This document shows positions 8,945 to 17,619 of a DNA stretch of 64,000 nucleotides, one piece after another (the first letter of the stretch is position 1; each line of letters starts with the position of its first letter). The notes under the pieces were generated by a model. It made no database searches. It saw only the letters and a program-made list of their open reading frames with translations, and was not told the origin of the DNA. A program made the translations under genes and the position numbers. Origin of the DNA: an uncultured Clostridia bacterium (GTDB lineage Bacteria; Bacillota; JAAYKD01; CAYOCI01); NCBI GenBank assembly GCA_964402415.1, contig CAYOCI010000005.1:15267-79266 (forward strand). Direction: 5' to 3'.

Positions 8945-10459
8945 TCAACCACCTTCCACAATGCCCTCTTGAGCACCTCTTGCTCGCTGACCAGATCTAC
9001 CCCGGGCAATCTTCATGGCCAAGACTGCTGCTGCGTGTGAGGCAAACAGGGTCACAAAAGGCATCACGGGATAGGCATAGCGCGCAAAGGTATAGAACGG
9101 TAGATAGGATAGCGTGAAGTATGCCATGACCGAAAGCAAGAGCAATGCCCCAGTATTCCTTAGTCGGCGGATAGTTGCCAGACACCCGAGTAGCCCTAGG
9201 GCTAAGACAAAGCGATGGGACTTGTCCACCAGATGCCTGGGAACTCCCAGGACCTCCTTCCAGTAATACGAGTCATACCAGAGATGCCACGCCTTGCCGA
9301 CGGTATACCAACGCAGGTAAGCCAGTGGGTGCTGAGGAACGTAGGTCTGTAATCGCTCTCTGGCGGTCGCCATCTCGATCTCGTTGACCTCAATGGCGTC
9401 CTTACCTTCGGTCGGTTGGTTGTACGGTACGTAGTCGCGGCTCTGATCGTATTCGACATAGGTCCCCTGCAGAAAGGGATTACCTGAGCTCAGGGTCAGA
9501 GGGATGAACCGATGAAACGCATAGGCGTTCCTCAGCCACCATGGCATCATCACCAAAGCGAATACCGCGATTGTGGCCGCCGCACACCTTAGCATATCTC
9601 GCAAGGGATAACGCTGGACGAGCCAGACCACTAGGATGGCAGCTGGATATAATGCAATGGTAGGACGAAAGAGGCAGGCTACTCCCCACACGAGGCCCCC
9701 GATCGCGTACCAATGACTAGACTTGCTCCTGATAGCACGCACTGAGACGTAGACCAACAACAAGAAGACAAACTTGAATTCCACATCCGTGAGGACCAGG
9801 CCCGTGCTGGAGTAGTTGGGCAGATACAGAGCACTGAGCAAACAGGCGAGCAGGGCGACCCTATGGCTAAAGGCTTCCACCCCGATTGCGAAGGTGAGAG
9901 CGATCGACAACGACTGGAGCATAGCCTGCAGCATCCGAAAGGCCATCACTCCACCCATTCGGCCAAAGAACAGCATCAACCCCGACAGGACGAACGTGTG
10001 TCCCGGCATGATGAAGACCGTCGGGGCATTGGGGTCGTGGTAGGTCAGCCGCCCCGTCTCCACTAATGTCCAGGCACTGCGGATGTACTTCACATCGTCG
10101 TTGTTCATGGTCGCCAGATCGCCGAGCAGGAACTGATCGCCCAGACTGCTGACCAAATAGGCGTTGACGGCAAAGTGAGCCAGGCAAATCAGAACGAGCA
10201 GCACCCGATACGGGTGCTGCTTGGCATAGCGCAGATGCAAGACCCTTACCCCCCAACTTCTGTGCCACCACGCTCTAGCAAGCTGTGGCGGTTCTCTCTC
10301 TATACTCTCCACGATGCAGTATCTTAGCACAGACTCGCTAACATAGACGCGGATTCTGGGGGGATCTACTTCATCTGCCTGGATGCGACAGACTTCGTCG
10401 TGTCTGATCACGGCGGTATCGTGATAGGTACAGAAGAAAGAAATACCGAGCAGAGACAA
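8945..10459 (-). CDS. GT39/GT83-like (ArnT/PMT-type) membrane glycosyltransferase; N-terminus uncertain
   Basis: Multiple TM helices with a large C-terminal periplasmic-type domain. The first ~70 residues of the listed ORF are probably not translated; possible TTG/GTG start near 10249. Confidence 0.5.
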   Translation of the reverse strand: MSLLGISFFCTYHDTAVIRHDEVCRIQADEVDPPRIRVYVSESVLRYCIVESIEREPPQLARAWWHRSWGVRVLHLRYAKQHPYRVLLVLICLAHFAVNAYLVSSLGDQFLLGDLATMNNDDVKYIRSAWTLVETGRLTYHDPNAPTVFIMPGHTFVLSGLMLFFGRMGGVMAFRMLQAMLQSLSIALTFAIGVEAFSHRVALLACLLSALYLPNYSSTGLVLTDVEFKFVFLLLVYVSVRAIRSKSSHWYAIGGLVWGVACLFRPTIALYPAAILVVWLVQRYPLRDMLRCAAATIAVFALVMMPWWLRNAYAFHRFIPLTLSSGNPFLQGTYVEYDQSRDYVPYNQPTEGKDAIEVNEIEMATARERLQTYVPQHPLAYLRWYTVGKAWHLWYDSYYWKEVLGVPRHLVDKSHRFVLALGLLGCLATIRRLRNTGALLLLSVMAYFTLSYLPFYTFARYAYPVMPFVTLFASHAAAVLAMKIARGRSGQRARGAQEGIVEGG

Positions 10460-10474
10460 GCTCTGCCCGGTATA

Positions 10475-11512
10475 CTAGATGCCATCCTGTAGTTTAACCA
10501 CTTCCGTTATGGCCAGATCCTCACGCTCCTGAAGATCAATTATGTCCTGCCCCACACGGATGACAGGATGTCCCAGATGGTTCCTATCGACAAACACCAC
10601 ATCGCCAATGCGCCCATCACTGAGGGCGACCTGGCACCCAGCTAGACATTGCAGCATACGGTCAATGAAAACTAGCACGGTTCTGGCGTCCAGTGTCCCG
10701 ATGCTTTCCTGTAGATGTTCAAGGACCGTATATGGACTACTCTTGCCTTTGTACGGTCGCTTCGAAGTCATGGCATGGTATACGTCGGCAACAGCCACGA
10801 TCTTGGCATAGGGATGCTGTTCATCACCCCCCACCCCATCCGGGTAACCCGAACCATCCAGCCTCTCATGGTGCTGTAGCACCGCCTGCTTGATGCAATC
10901 TTTGTAGCCACCGGAATACTCAAGTATCCGAAGGCCGAGCTTTGGGTGCCTCTTCATGATATCGAACTCGGTCTTTGTTAACCGACTAGATTTGTAGATG
11001 ATGTCCTTTGGGATCTGGCTCTTGCCAATATCGTGAAGCGTGCCAGCCACCGCAATATCGGACAGTTCTGGGCCAGAATGACCCAGCCACTCCCCTATCA
11101 CCATTGATAGTACTCCGATGCTCACGGTATGCTGGAAGGTATACTCGTCCTGAGTCTCTAATTGACTCAGGAGCCTTACGATGTTGGATTCTCTCTGGGT
11201 CTCGACGACGAAGGGCTGAACGACTGCCTCAACTTCTGAGACTGAAAGTGGCTTACCTTCCGCTGCCTTTCTCATCATGAGCTTTGATTGAGCTATGGAT
11301 CGCCGGTATAAAGCGCGGAGGTCGACCATTACGGCCTTTGGTCCTATCTCGATCAGCGTGTTGATTGTGGCCCGGGTAAGCCGCGCACCTGCTCTGACCA
11401 ATAGGACACCATTCCTCAGGCATACATCGTGTGCTAGCCTGTCACCTGGAACAAGGCAGCTAACTGGAACAGGCCGTGCAAACTTCCTCACTTCGTCGGA
11501 CACTAGACTCAT
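10475..11512 (-). CDS. HD-GYP domain phosphohydrolase (c-di-GMP phosphodiesterase family)
   Basis: HDIGK...HHERLDGSGYP motif. Second ATG at 11512 is preceded by GGAAGGA. Confidence 0.7.
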   Translation of the reverse strand: MSLVSDEVRKFARPVPVSCLVPGDRLAHDVCLRNGVLLVRAGARLTRATINTLIEIGPKAVMVDLRALYRRSIAQSKLMMRKAAEGKPLSVSEVEAVVQPFVVETQRESNIVRLLSQLETQDEYTFQHTVSIGVLSMVIGEWLGHSGPELSDIAVAGTLHDIGKSQIPKDIIYKSSRLTKTEFDIMKRHPKLGLRILEYSGGYKDCIKQAVLQHHERLDGSGYPDGVGGDEQHPYAKIVAVADVYHAMTSKRPYKGKSSPYTVLEHLQESIGTLDARTVLVFIDRMLQCLAGCQVALSDGRIGDVVFVDRNHLGHPVIRVGQDIIDLQEREDLAITEVVKLQDGI

Positions 11513-11954
11513 TTTCTCATATCCTTCCAACAGCTTTGGTCAGGGGCACCGCAATTGTTGGGGCGTAGCTGCCAACTGGGACCAACATCCGCTGGGCATC
11601 AAAAAACGCCCTTGTCACGCCATGACAAGAACGTAGAGTCCTCTTGTCTGGCAACCCGGCTACCATAGCTATCTGACTAGCCTTAGGCCCGTGGTTTTGC
11701 GTCCCCACCTTTCGATAGGTTTGCCGTGTACATCAAGATCACTGTATTCAGGTGTCCAGGCTATACACTTAGTCACTTTGTGCGTCCATAATTCACCACA
11801 GCTGGGTGCTTTTCCTGTGCCTACAGCAAATAAACCGACATGGTACGTCAAAATACATCAAACAGTCAGCAAGCGCTTCACCAACCGACGGGCACAACAG
11901 CAAATTAGCCCAGAACTAGCCTATTCACTGGCTAACTCCTGGGCTAATCGTCCT

Positions 11955-11990
11955 CGTCAGTACAAAGAGAAAAGGCCCTCAGGCCCTTAT
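11955..11990 (-). terminator. host-derived tRNA-operon terminator remnant next to attL (AAAAGGCCCTCAGGCCCTT)
   Basis: Hairpin plus flank imperfectly matches the terminator at 50437..50462. Confidence 0.4.
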
Positions 11991-11997
11991 CTTACTA

Positions 11998-12058
11998 GGT
12001 TGGTGCGAGGGAGGGGAGTTGAACCCCTACGCCGTGAGGCACTAGATCCTAAGTCTAA
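11998..12058. repeat. attL: 61-bp perfect direct repeat of the tRNA-Leu 3' end (identical to 50481..50541)
   Basis: GGTTGGTGCGAGGGAGGGGAGTTGAACCCCTACGCCGTGAGGCACTAGATCCTAAGTCTA is present at both positions; the sequences diverge immediately after. Confidence 0.85.
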
Positions 12059-12167
12059 ATCACGTGCATTTGACTGTCATTGGCAAGATGGGGCAAGCCC
12101 ATGGTTCTGTTGGGTTTTTGGGCAATGGCGGGTTGCCGCAATCAACCGGAAACCGACGCTTTTTGAC

Positions 12168-12188
12168 GACCTATTAGCGGATAATTAG
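12168..12188 (+). promoter_or_regulatory. tandem arm-type repeats ATTAGCGGAT x2 (11-bp period), P' arm
   Basis: Same TTAGCGGAT tandem repeat occurs at 50385..50405 just downstream of int. Confidence 0.5.
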
Positions 12189-12250
12189 CGGATCGGCGTC
12201 TCTATGCTGTCCCGCCTTTCCCCTATTGGGGCATCACCGCGGATGGTCCT

Positions 12251-14011
12251 CTAAAAACGTATCCCCAATAATCCACCATCTTCTTTTGCGTCTGTCAGCG
12301 TCAGCCGAATGTAGTCCTTCAGGTTGAAGCAAGAGTTGAAGAGTTCCCATGGCACATCATCTGAGTTAATGCTACAGATGTACTGGAACCCGCATTCGCC
12401 AGCCTTCCTACAAGCGAGCTCGAGTGCACGTGCTACTTGTCTTTCGTCAACTCCATCATAGATGGTGCTGTCATGAACCAAAAATCTCGGTCCCACGGCC
12501 TTCTTAGCCCATAATTGGGCCAGCATGAGATCATAGCAAAACACCTTCATTTGCTCGATGCCTTGACTGTCAGATCGCTCGATCTCGATATCAAACTTGA
12601 ACCCAGTCTGCGACACATCAACAACGAGCTTTCCCGGAGCTTGATAGAGTGCCTCAGAGTTGCCATTGAAAACGGAAACGGCAGCTTCCAGCGCACTGTG
12701 CCTCGCATCGTGATCAGCAACAGCTTCCAGATGCAGCTTGGCTTGCTCTATCTGCCGAGCGCTCTTTGCCTCTTCTAGCTTGCGAAGGCTTTCGATGCGC
12801 TGTTTCAGAGACTCAAGCCTCGCCACTTTGCTCACGTGATTTTCATTCAACCTTAGGTACTCCTCTAGAGCACCATGACTTTCGAGTACTCGCAACAGGG
12901 ATGATCTCTTCTCAGACAACGCCTTTACCCGTGCATCCCGCTCTTTCACCGCAGTTTCGAGTTGACTGATTTCTGCGGCGAGAAACTCGCGACGGTTCGC
13001 TGTAACTGCGGCGTGAAAGGTAGCAACATCCTGAAGGCGTCTGAGAACGATGTCGGGGAAAGCTAAGCCAATCTCCCTATAAATCTTCTCGACCTGGATC
13101 GGGTCCGTGTGCTTTTCGTCTCTAGTACTCTGTCTGTACGTGTCTATGAGCCTGTGGTCACGGAAGTTTTCATTTGACAGCTTATGGATGGATGAGGTTA
13201 AGGAGCTAGCTTCCTCCTCGATATCGTGATACTGCGGATGCACGTTGAAGGTATCAAGTTGCTGCCTGCCACTAGTGATCTCATTCTCAAGACGGATTCT
13301 ATCGGTCTCAAGCTTGCCGATTGACCCAATCAAATTCGGGAAGAAATCGTCGCTAGCGGCCTTCTTAAGATCCTTCAGCGCCTTCTCAGTATCCTTTATG
13401 AGCTGCCAGTGCTGTGCATGTTCCCAGCCTAGATCCAGCAGGAAGGTGTTATCTACCTGCCTCTCCCACTCCTTCTGCTTCCTATAATGCTCGAAAGGTG
13501 TACTGAACGCATCACGGCCACGCCTAGCGAAATATGATATGAGGTTTCTGAACGAAGGTGCATATCTGCTGGCATTATCCAGACACTCAACAGGAAGATC
13601 AAACAATAGCCATCCCAATACGGTATTCCACTCTCTTACAGGCATCGATGCTGTCCGCGTTCCGGGATCAACTTTCGGTTTAATCGGCCAATTGGACCAA
13701 TCGCCCTCGATCACTACTCTGCCTGGCTTGCTTGTGTTACGCGAAACTGCATACTCCCTGGACCTAAGCAGAATGTCCAGGGAGAAAGTCCAGTTGTCCA
13801 GTTGTTTCTTGAGGAGCCCCTTATTCTTACGCGTTTTGGCTCCAAGGCAGAAATGAATGATCTCAACTAGCGTCGTCTTGCCAAGCCCGTTTCTAGAGTC
13901 CTTATCAGATGACTCATCCGTTTTTTCCGCTAGGATAACATTGAGGCCAGCTCCGAAATGGACATTCTTAAAGCTGGGCTGATCACACCTGACTGCTAGG
14001 ATCATGTTCAT
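12251..14011 (-). CDS. SMC/ABC-type ATPase with long central coiled coil (Lamassu LmuB / Septu PtuA-like)
   Basis: N-terminal GLNVILAEK..NGLGKTTLVEIIHFCLG P-loop. About 230 aa of heptad-rich E/K/L/R sequence. C-terminal signature-like SQGIEQMKVFCYDLMLAQL and Walker B-like RFLVHDS. Probable start at MNMILAV (14011); the ORF listed to 14047 overlaps the upstream small gene. Confidence 0.7.
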   Translation of the reverse strand: MNMILAVRCDQPSFKNVHFGAGLNVILAEKTDESSDKDSRNGLGKTTLVEIIHFCLGAKTRKNKGLLKKQLDNWTFSLDILLRSREYAVSRNTSKPGRVVIEGDWSNWPIKPKVDPGTRTASMPVREWNTVLGWLLFDLPVECLDNASRYAPSFRNLISYFARRGRDAFSTPFEHYRKQKEWERQVDNTFLLDLGWEHAQHWQLIKDTEKALKDLKKAASDDFFPNLIGSIGKLETDRIRLENEITSGRQQLDTFNVHPQYHDIEEEASSLTSSIHKLSNENFRDHRLIDTYRQSTRDEKHTDPIQVEKIYREIGLAFPDIVLRRLQDVATFHAAVTANRREFLAAEISQLETAVKERDARVKALSEKRSSLLRVLESHGALEEYLRLNENHVSKVARLESLKQRIESLRKLEEAKSARQIEQAKLHLEAVADHDARHSALEAAVSVFNGNSEALYQAPGKLVVDVSQTGFKFDIEIERSDSQGIEQMKVFCYDLMLAQLWAKKAVGPRFLVHDSTIYDGVDERQVARALELACRKAGECGFQYICSINSDDVPWELFNSCFNLKDYIRLTLTDAKEDGGLLGIRF

Positions 14012-14228
14012 CCCTCCAAAGAACGCCGTCTTCATATCTGATGGCACCTATCGCGTAGAGGAACGTCAGAGCTAGGACATAGCGCTCAAACGTTCCGACT
14101 TCGGGAAGACGCTTTACACGATCCCACAGCACCGAGACCGTCGATGATCTTGGCATTGCCCGCAAGATACATGCGCCGATTCCAATTAATGAATACTCTG
14201 TGGGGATGTGTTTCGTAGGCAGAATCAT
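13983..14228 (-). CDS. small 81-aa protein translationally coupled between the HNH and ATPase genes (LmuC-like position)
   Basis: Start ATG overlaps the TGA stop of the HNH gene (ATGA). Its 3' end overlaps the ATPase start. Confidence 0.45.
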   Translation of the reverse strand: MILPTKHIPTEYSLIGIGACILRAMPRSSTVSVLWDRVKRLPEVGTFERYVLALTFLYAIGAIRYEDGVLWRDEHDPSSQV

Positions 14229-14983
14229 GGTCTGAACACCTCACACGTATGAAAGAGATGCGCCAGAACAGCCAGAGAAGCAGCCTGTTCACGGAAGTTC
14301 CTCGAAGAGCTACCGCAAAACCGGAACAAACCAAGGAACAGAGCATCACCCATCAGACCTTCCCTCTCGAGCCTCTCAAACTCCAGGACAAACCCATTCT
14401 TCAGCCGCTCTGGGAAATCCCCATCTATTTGTGATATCTGCCTGAGAAACTCCTCAACCTGCGGCGCAGCCGCTAACCCCATCTGAAGAAAGTTCAGGAC
14501 TTTGTTGGTGAGCCCATTTTTGGCCATTTTCTCCCTTGGAGTTGTGATCATGAACTCATCAGTCGGTGGCAGGGCGGGCCCATTAGCGAATGCGGCGCAA
14601 ACTACATGAAGCTCGGCCAAGGTAACGTTGGGTATCTCCTTACTGAGACTATCCCTCACCCATGCCTCATGGTCCATTTTCCACTGCCGCAGCAGGCTGA
14701 CAGTATACGTTGCAGACTGACTATCAACCAGCTCGTGATGATGAGCACACAACAGTATCCAGTTATCGTAGCAGTCTCGCTCATCGAGAGGCATGCGCGG
14801 GTCGGCACGGGGCCCGTCGTCACTGTGAGCCACAATATGTGCAATTTCGCCAAGCACGGCAGCAGAGTCCTCGGAAGTAGCTTCAGCGACACATTCAACT
14901 CTGCATGTTGGGCAGCTGCACCTGGCGGCGGCTAGCCCCCAGAGGATCTTCAGATCCTTCTGTGGTTGGCGACGGTTCACCAT
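14225..14983 (-). CDS. HNH endonuclease-domain protein with uncharacterised ~130-aa helical C-terminal domain
   Basis: CSCPTCRVEC...GEIAHIVAHSDDGPR...YDNWILLCAHHHELVD HNH motif. First gene of the operon, with an AT-rich promoter region at 14984..15110. Confidence 0.7.
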   Translation of the reverse strand: MVNRRQPQKDLKILWGLAAARCSCPTCRVECVAEATSEDSAAVLGEIAHIVAHSDDGPRADPRMPLDERDCYDNWILLCAHHHELVDSQSATYTVSLLRQWKMDHEAWVRDSLSKEIPNVTLAELHVVCAAFANGPALPPTDEFMITTPREKMAKNGLTNKVLNFLQMGLAAAPQVEEFLRQISQIDGDFPERLKNGFVLEFERLEREGLMGDALFLGLFRFCGSSSRNFREQAASLAVLAHLFHTCEVFRP

Positions 14984-15368
14984 GCCTCACCCTTTCACCC
15001 TGAAGATATAGCATGGTATTCTTTCCTCTAGAGCAAAATCCTGCCTCATTAATCGATTTCCACAATTGGGTAGCACACTAAGACACGGGTGAAAGTTATC
15101 ACTATTGACATAAATGGTGTATGTTCGTTCTCACAAACAAAGCAGACAAAAGCCGTAGTGAGGAGTTGATCCCCCACATGGAAGATAGAGGTGTCGGGTA
15201 CCCAAAATACCTGGTCAAAAGCAGATAGTAATACCCCTGCCCACAAAAAAAGGCACCCTGTAGGCCAAACGTCAGAGGCTCTACAAGGGGCTTGTCTATT
15301 GCCACTGTGCGAATGTGTGCGGCCCACGAAGACAGCTGGGGCGTGGCAAAGCGGGGCGCCAGCCCCCA

Positions 15369-15644
15369 TCAGTCCAGCACCCTCAAGAGACGCCACGCCT
15401 TGCCGATCTGATCGTAGCAGAGCTCATAAAGTCCAATGGCCTCTTCGCGAGCTGGTTTGGCGAGCACCTTGAAGTATTGATTGTCGATCGCTTGACTACC
15501 CTTCCACCAGTTGGCTGTCCTAACCCACCTGTTCACGATGCGAACGACATCATAACGTCTCCGCTGCCAGATGAAAAATGGGTTGCGATCCTGTGGCATG
15601 TAGAGGGCAATGGGCTCATCATACCGCTTTGCCAAGAGGCTCAC
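15369..15644 (-). CDS. hypothetical 91-aa protein (second gene of a two-gene cassette)
   Basis: GTG start overlapping the upstream gene by 26 nt. No recognisable motif. Confidence 0.35.
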   Translation of the reverse strand: MSLLAKRYDEPIALYMPQDRNPFFIWQRRRYDVVRIVNRWVRTANWWKGSQAIDNQYFKVLAKPAREEAIGLYELCYDQIGKAWRLLRVLD

Positions 15645-15891
15645 CTCTCATAAGCTCAATGACCTCGCGATCGTGCGACAGGCTAAGGCGATGACTGCTG
15701 TGCCAAATAGCCTCTTCGAACAGACTACCCTCGGCGCACAGGTACACCACCTGGCCGCCGATGTCGAGCGCGTGGATCCGGCCCATGAGGCTCTGGCCAG
15801 CGTAGCGGCGCTGGAGATGGGTGGGGAGCTGGTGCCAGTAGATGGTATCGAGGATGATGGGATCTTGGTCGATGTTGGGGAGCCATCGCAT
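15619..15891 (-). CDS. hypothetical 90-aa protein (first gene of a two-gene cassette)
   Basis: Strong RBS TAGGAGGCG 5 nt before the ATG. Confidence 0.45.
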   Translation of the reverse strand: MRWLPNIDQDPIILDTIYWHQLPTHLQRRYAGQSLMGRIHALDIGGQVVYLCAEGSLFEEAIWHSSHRLSLSHDREVIELMRGEPLGKAV

Positions 15892-16058
15892 AGGGGCGCC
15901 TCCTATCGAACTGTGTTTGCTATAGTATACACAAACACGCGTTCGCTCGCAATGTTGACGAGCCCTGGAAATTATTTTCTTTGAACCCGGTCACACCCAT
16001 TATTTTCTGATATACTCAAACCGTTGAGGCCAGGGGAGAAAAATGAAGGTTGATAAGA

Positions 16059-16316
16059 ATGTTCTTTGAAAGGGTAAAGAAGTATGCTCTCTGGTTCGTT
16101 GATATCCCGTTATGGCTACTCTGGTTCTGGGTGCTCATTCACTGCGCTAACGTAGCCCGCGCACCGGATAGTCCGGTCAGCTACATACTACTCGCGATTG
16201 CACTGGCCAGGTTGTTAGCCCACTACGTGGTGCCACCACCAGATCTAGAAGACTTAGAAACATGGTTTGATATAGCTGAAGGAATAATAAGCATAATTGA
16301 CCCCCAAACACCTTAA
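16059..16316 (+). CDS. small membrane protein (2 TM)
   Basis: FVDIPLWLLWFWVLIHCA and ILLAIALARLLAHYVV hydrophobic helices. Confidence 0.35.
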   Translation: MFFERVKKYALWFVDIPLWLLWFWVLIHCANVARAPDSPVSYILLAIALARLLAHYVVPPPDLEDLETWFDIAEGIISIIDPQTP

Positions 16317-16486
16317 GAAATAGAATGATCAAATCAAAGAGACGTGTGATGTAAGCCAAATAGATTAATCGGATCGAAAACTCCTGCGCCCTCAACACTT
16401 AGTCTATGGTTAGCTATCACATGCAAACAATGTTACACAGACCATCAGGTTCATCCCGATGGTCTTTCCTCTTGTCCTGACAAGCA

Positions 16487-16535
16487 AAAAAGGCCGGTGG
16501 CAGGGAGCCGTTCCCCCGCCACCGGCCCTTCACTT
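16487..16535 (-). terminator. rho-independent terminator (GGCCGGTGGC...GCCACCGGCC + TTTTTTGCTTG on the minus strand)
   Basis: 10-bp GC stem followed by T6. Confidence 0.55.
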
Positions 16536-16551
16536 CTATCGTCTCTTGTCG

Positions 16552-16764
16552 TTACATAGTGTCAGGCGGCTTGATTGTCTCTGGCGTCTGTGCTCGCGGG
16601 TCTCGCTGGATCTCATGGACACCGGACGCCCCCACGGACACCAGGAACGAGTTGACGACAGCCAGGCCAGCAGTCTCTACACTTGCTGTCTTGGTGACCA
16701 GCAGCACGAAGATCTGGAGTACCAGCACGATCAGCGCCGCGAATGATCGGATCCTCTCATCCAA
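16552..16764 (-). CDS. small hydrophobic protein (70 aa)
   Basis: ORF ends immediately upstream of the terminator at 16487..16535; FAALIVLVLQIFVLLV TM segment. Confidence 0.3.
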   Translation of the reverse strand: MDERIRSFAALIVLVLQIFVLLVTKTASVETAGLAVVNSFLVSVGASGVHEIQRDPRAQTPETIKPPDTM

Positions 16765-16865
16765 GAGCGGCTTCAGCCATGTCTAGAAAACCAGATAAAT
16801 GATCGAAGGGTTTCGCTGTTAATGAGAGGAAATTTACCTTACATATTATGCAGGGGGTAATTGCT

Positions 16866-17597
16866 ATGGCCAGTAGATCGAAACGAGAGCGGTCGGAACG
16901 AGCCTTAATAGATGGGGGATTTGGGTTCAGTGGTCTCCTGGCCATGTGGCTATGGGGAAAATCAAAGAGTCTGTTAGTCGGTGTGGTCTTCTTTCTTACG
17001 TGCCTAGTCCTTCTATATATTATGCTTGAGTATAAACGCAGACGGGAGCATCAACGTCTGATTGACAGTGGCCTTGACATTGTGGATCAGATGGATGGCG
17101 AGTTGTTTGAGGATTTTCTACTGGCGCATTTTCGTAACCTTGGTTATTCGGGGCAGACTACCCCGTTCAACGATTACGGAGCTGATCTGATCCTAGATAA
17201 AGATGGAATGAGAACAGTTGTACAAGCAAAACGGTGGAAACAGCCAGTCGGCATCGAAGCAATTCAACAAGTAATTGGAGCGATAAGCTATTATGGCGCA
17301 CAGAACGCCCTTGTAATAACGAACAGTGTTTTCACAAATGCCGCCCGAGATCTGGCAAGGGCCAATAAAGTTGGTCTCTGGGATCGGGAACAATTGATGG
17401 AAGTAATGAGGACGTCAAATGGAAGGGCAGTAGCGCTCGCTTCACAGCAAGCCGCTACCACAAAGACATCTGGAAATAACCCATGTCCGAAATGCGGTCG
17501 TGAGTTGATCAGAAGGAAAGGTAAGTTCGGCGACTTCTATGGCTGTACAGGGTATCCTGCCTGTAAGTTTACGCGCAACGCTCAAAGTAGGGACTAG
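16866..17597 (+). CDS. membrane-anchored Mrr-cat-type restriction endonuclease domain protein with C-terminal topoisomerase-type C4 zinc ribbon
   Basis: TM helix LLVGVVFFLTCLVLLYIML. Nuclease core ..DYGADLILDKDGMRTVVQAKRWKQPVG... C-terminal CPKCGRELIRRKGKFGDFYGCTGYPACKF. RBS GGGGGT before the ATG at 16866. Confidence 0.65.
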   Translation: MASRSKRERSERALIDGGFGFSGLLAMWLWGKSKSLLVGVVFFLTCLVLLYIMLEYKRRREHQRLIDSGLDIVDQMDGELFEDFLLAHFRNLGYSGQTTPFNDYGADLILDKDGMRTVVQAKRWKQPVGIEAIQQVIGAISYYGAQNALVITNSVFTNAARDLARANKVGLWDREQLMEVMRTSNGRAVALASQQAATTKTSGNNPCPKCGRELIRRKGKFGDFYGCTGYPACKFTRNAQSRD

Positions 17598-17619
17598 CAG
17601 AAAGAGGGGCCGAAGCCCC

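Noticed and set aside
8945-10459. Full 504-aa reading of the glycosyltransferase ORF
   Set aside because: The first ~70 residues are non-membrane, Arg/His-rich and lack an RBS; a downstream TTG/GTG start is more likely, though not pinned down.
11691-12188. 165-aa + strand ORF
   Set aside because: Spans the host/prophage junction and the att repeat; chimeric and implausible.
12251-14047. Reading the ATPase as a RecN/RecF-type housekeeping repair protein
   Set aside because: Genomic context (inside the prophage, coupled to an HNH gene, own promoter) and the non-canonical Walker B (HDS) argue for an accessory defence ATPase, but this cannot be excluded without HMM comparison.
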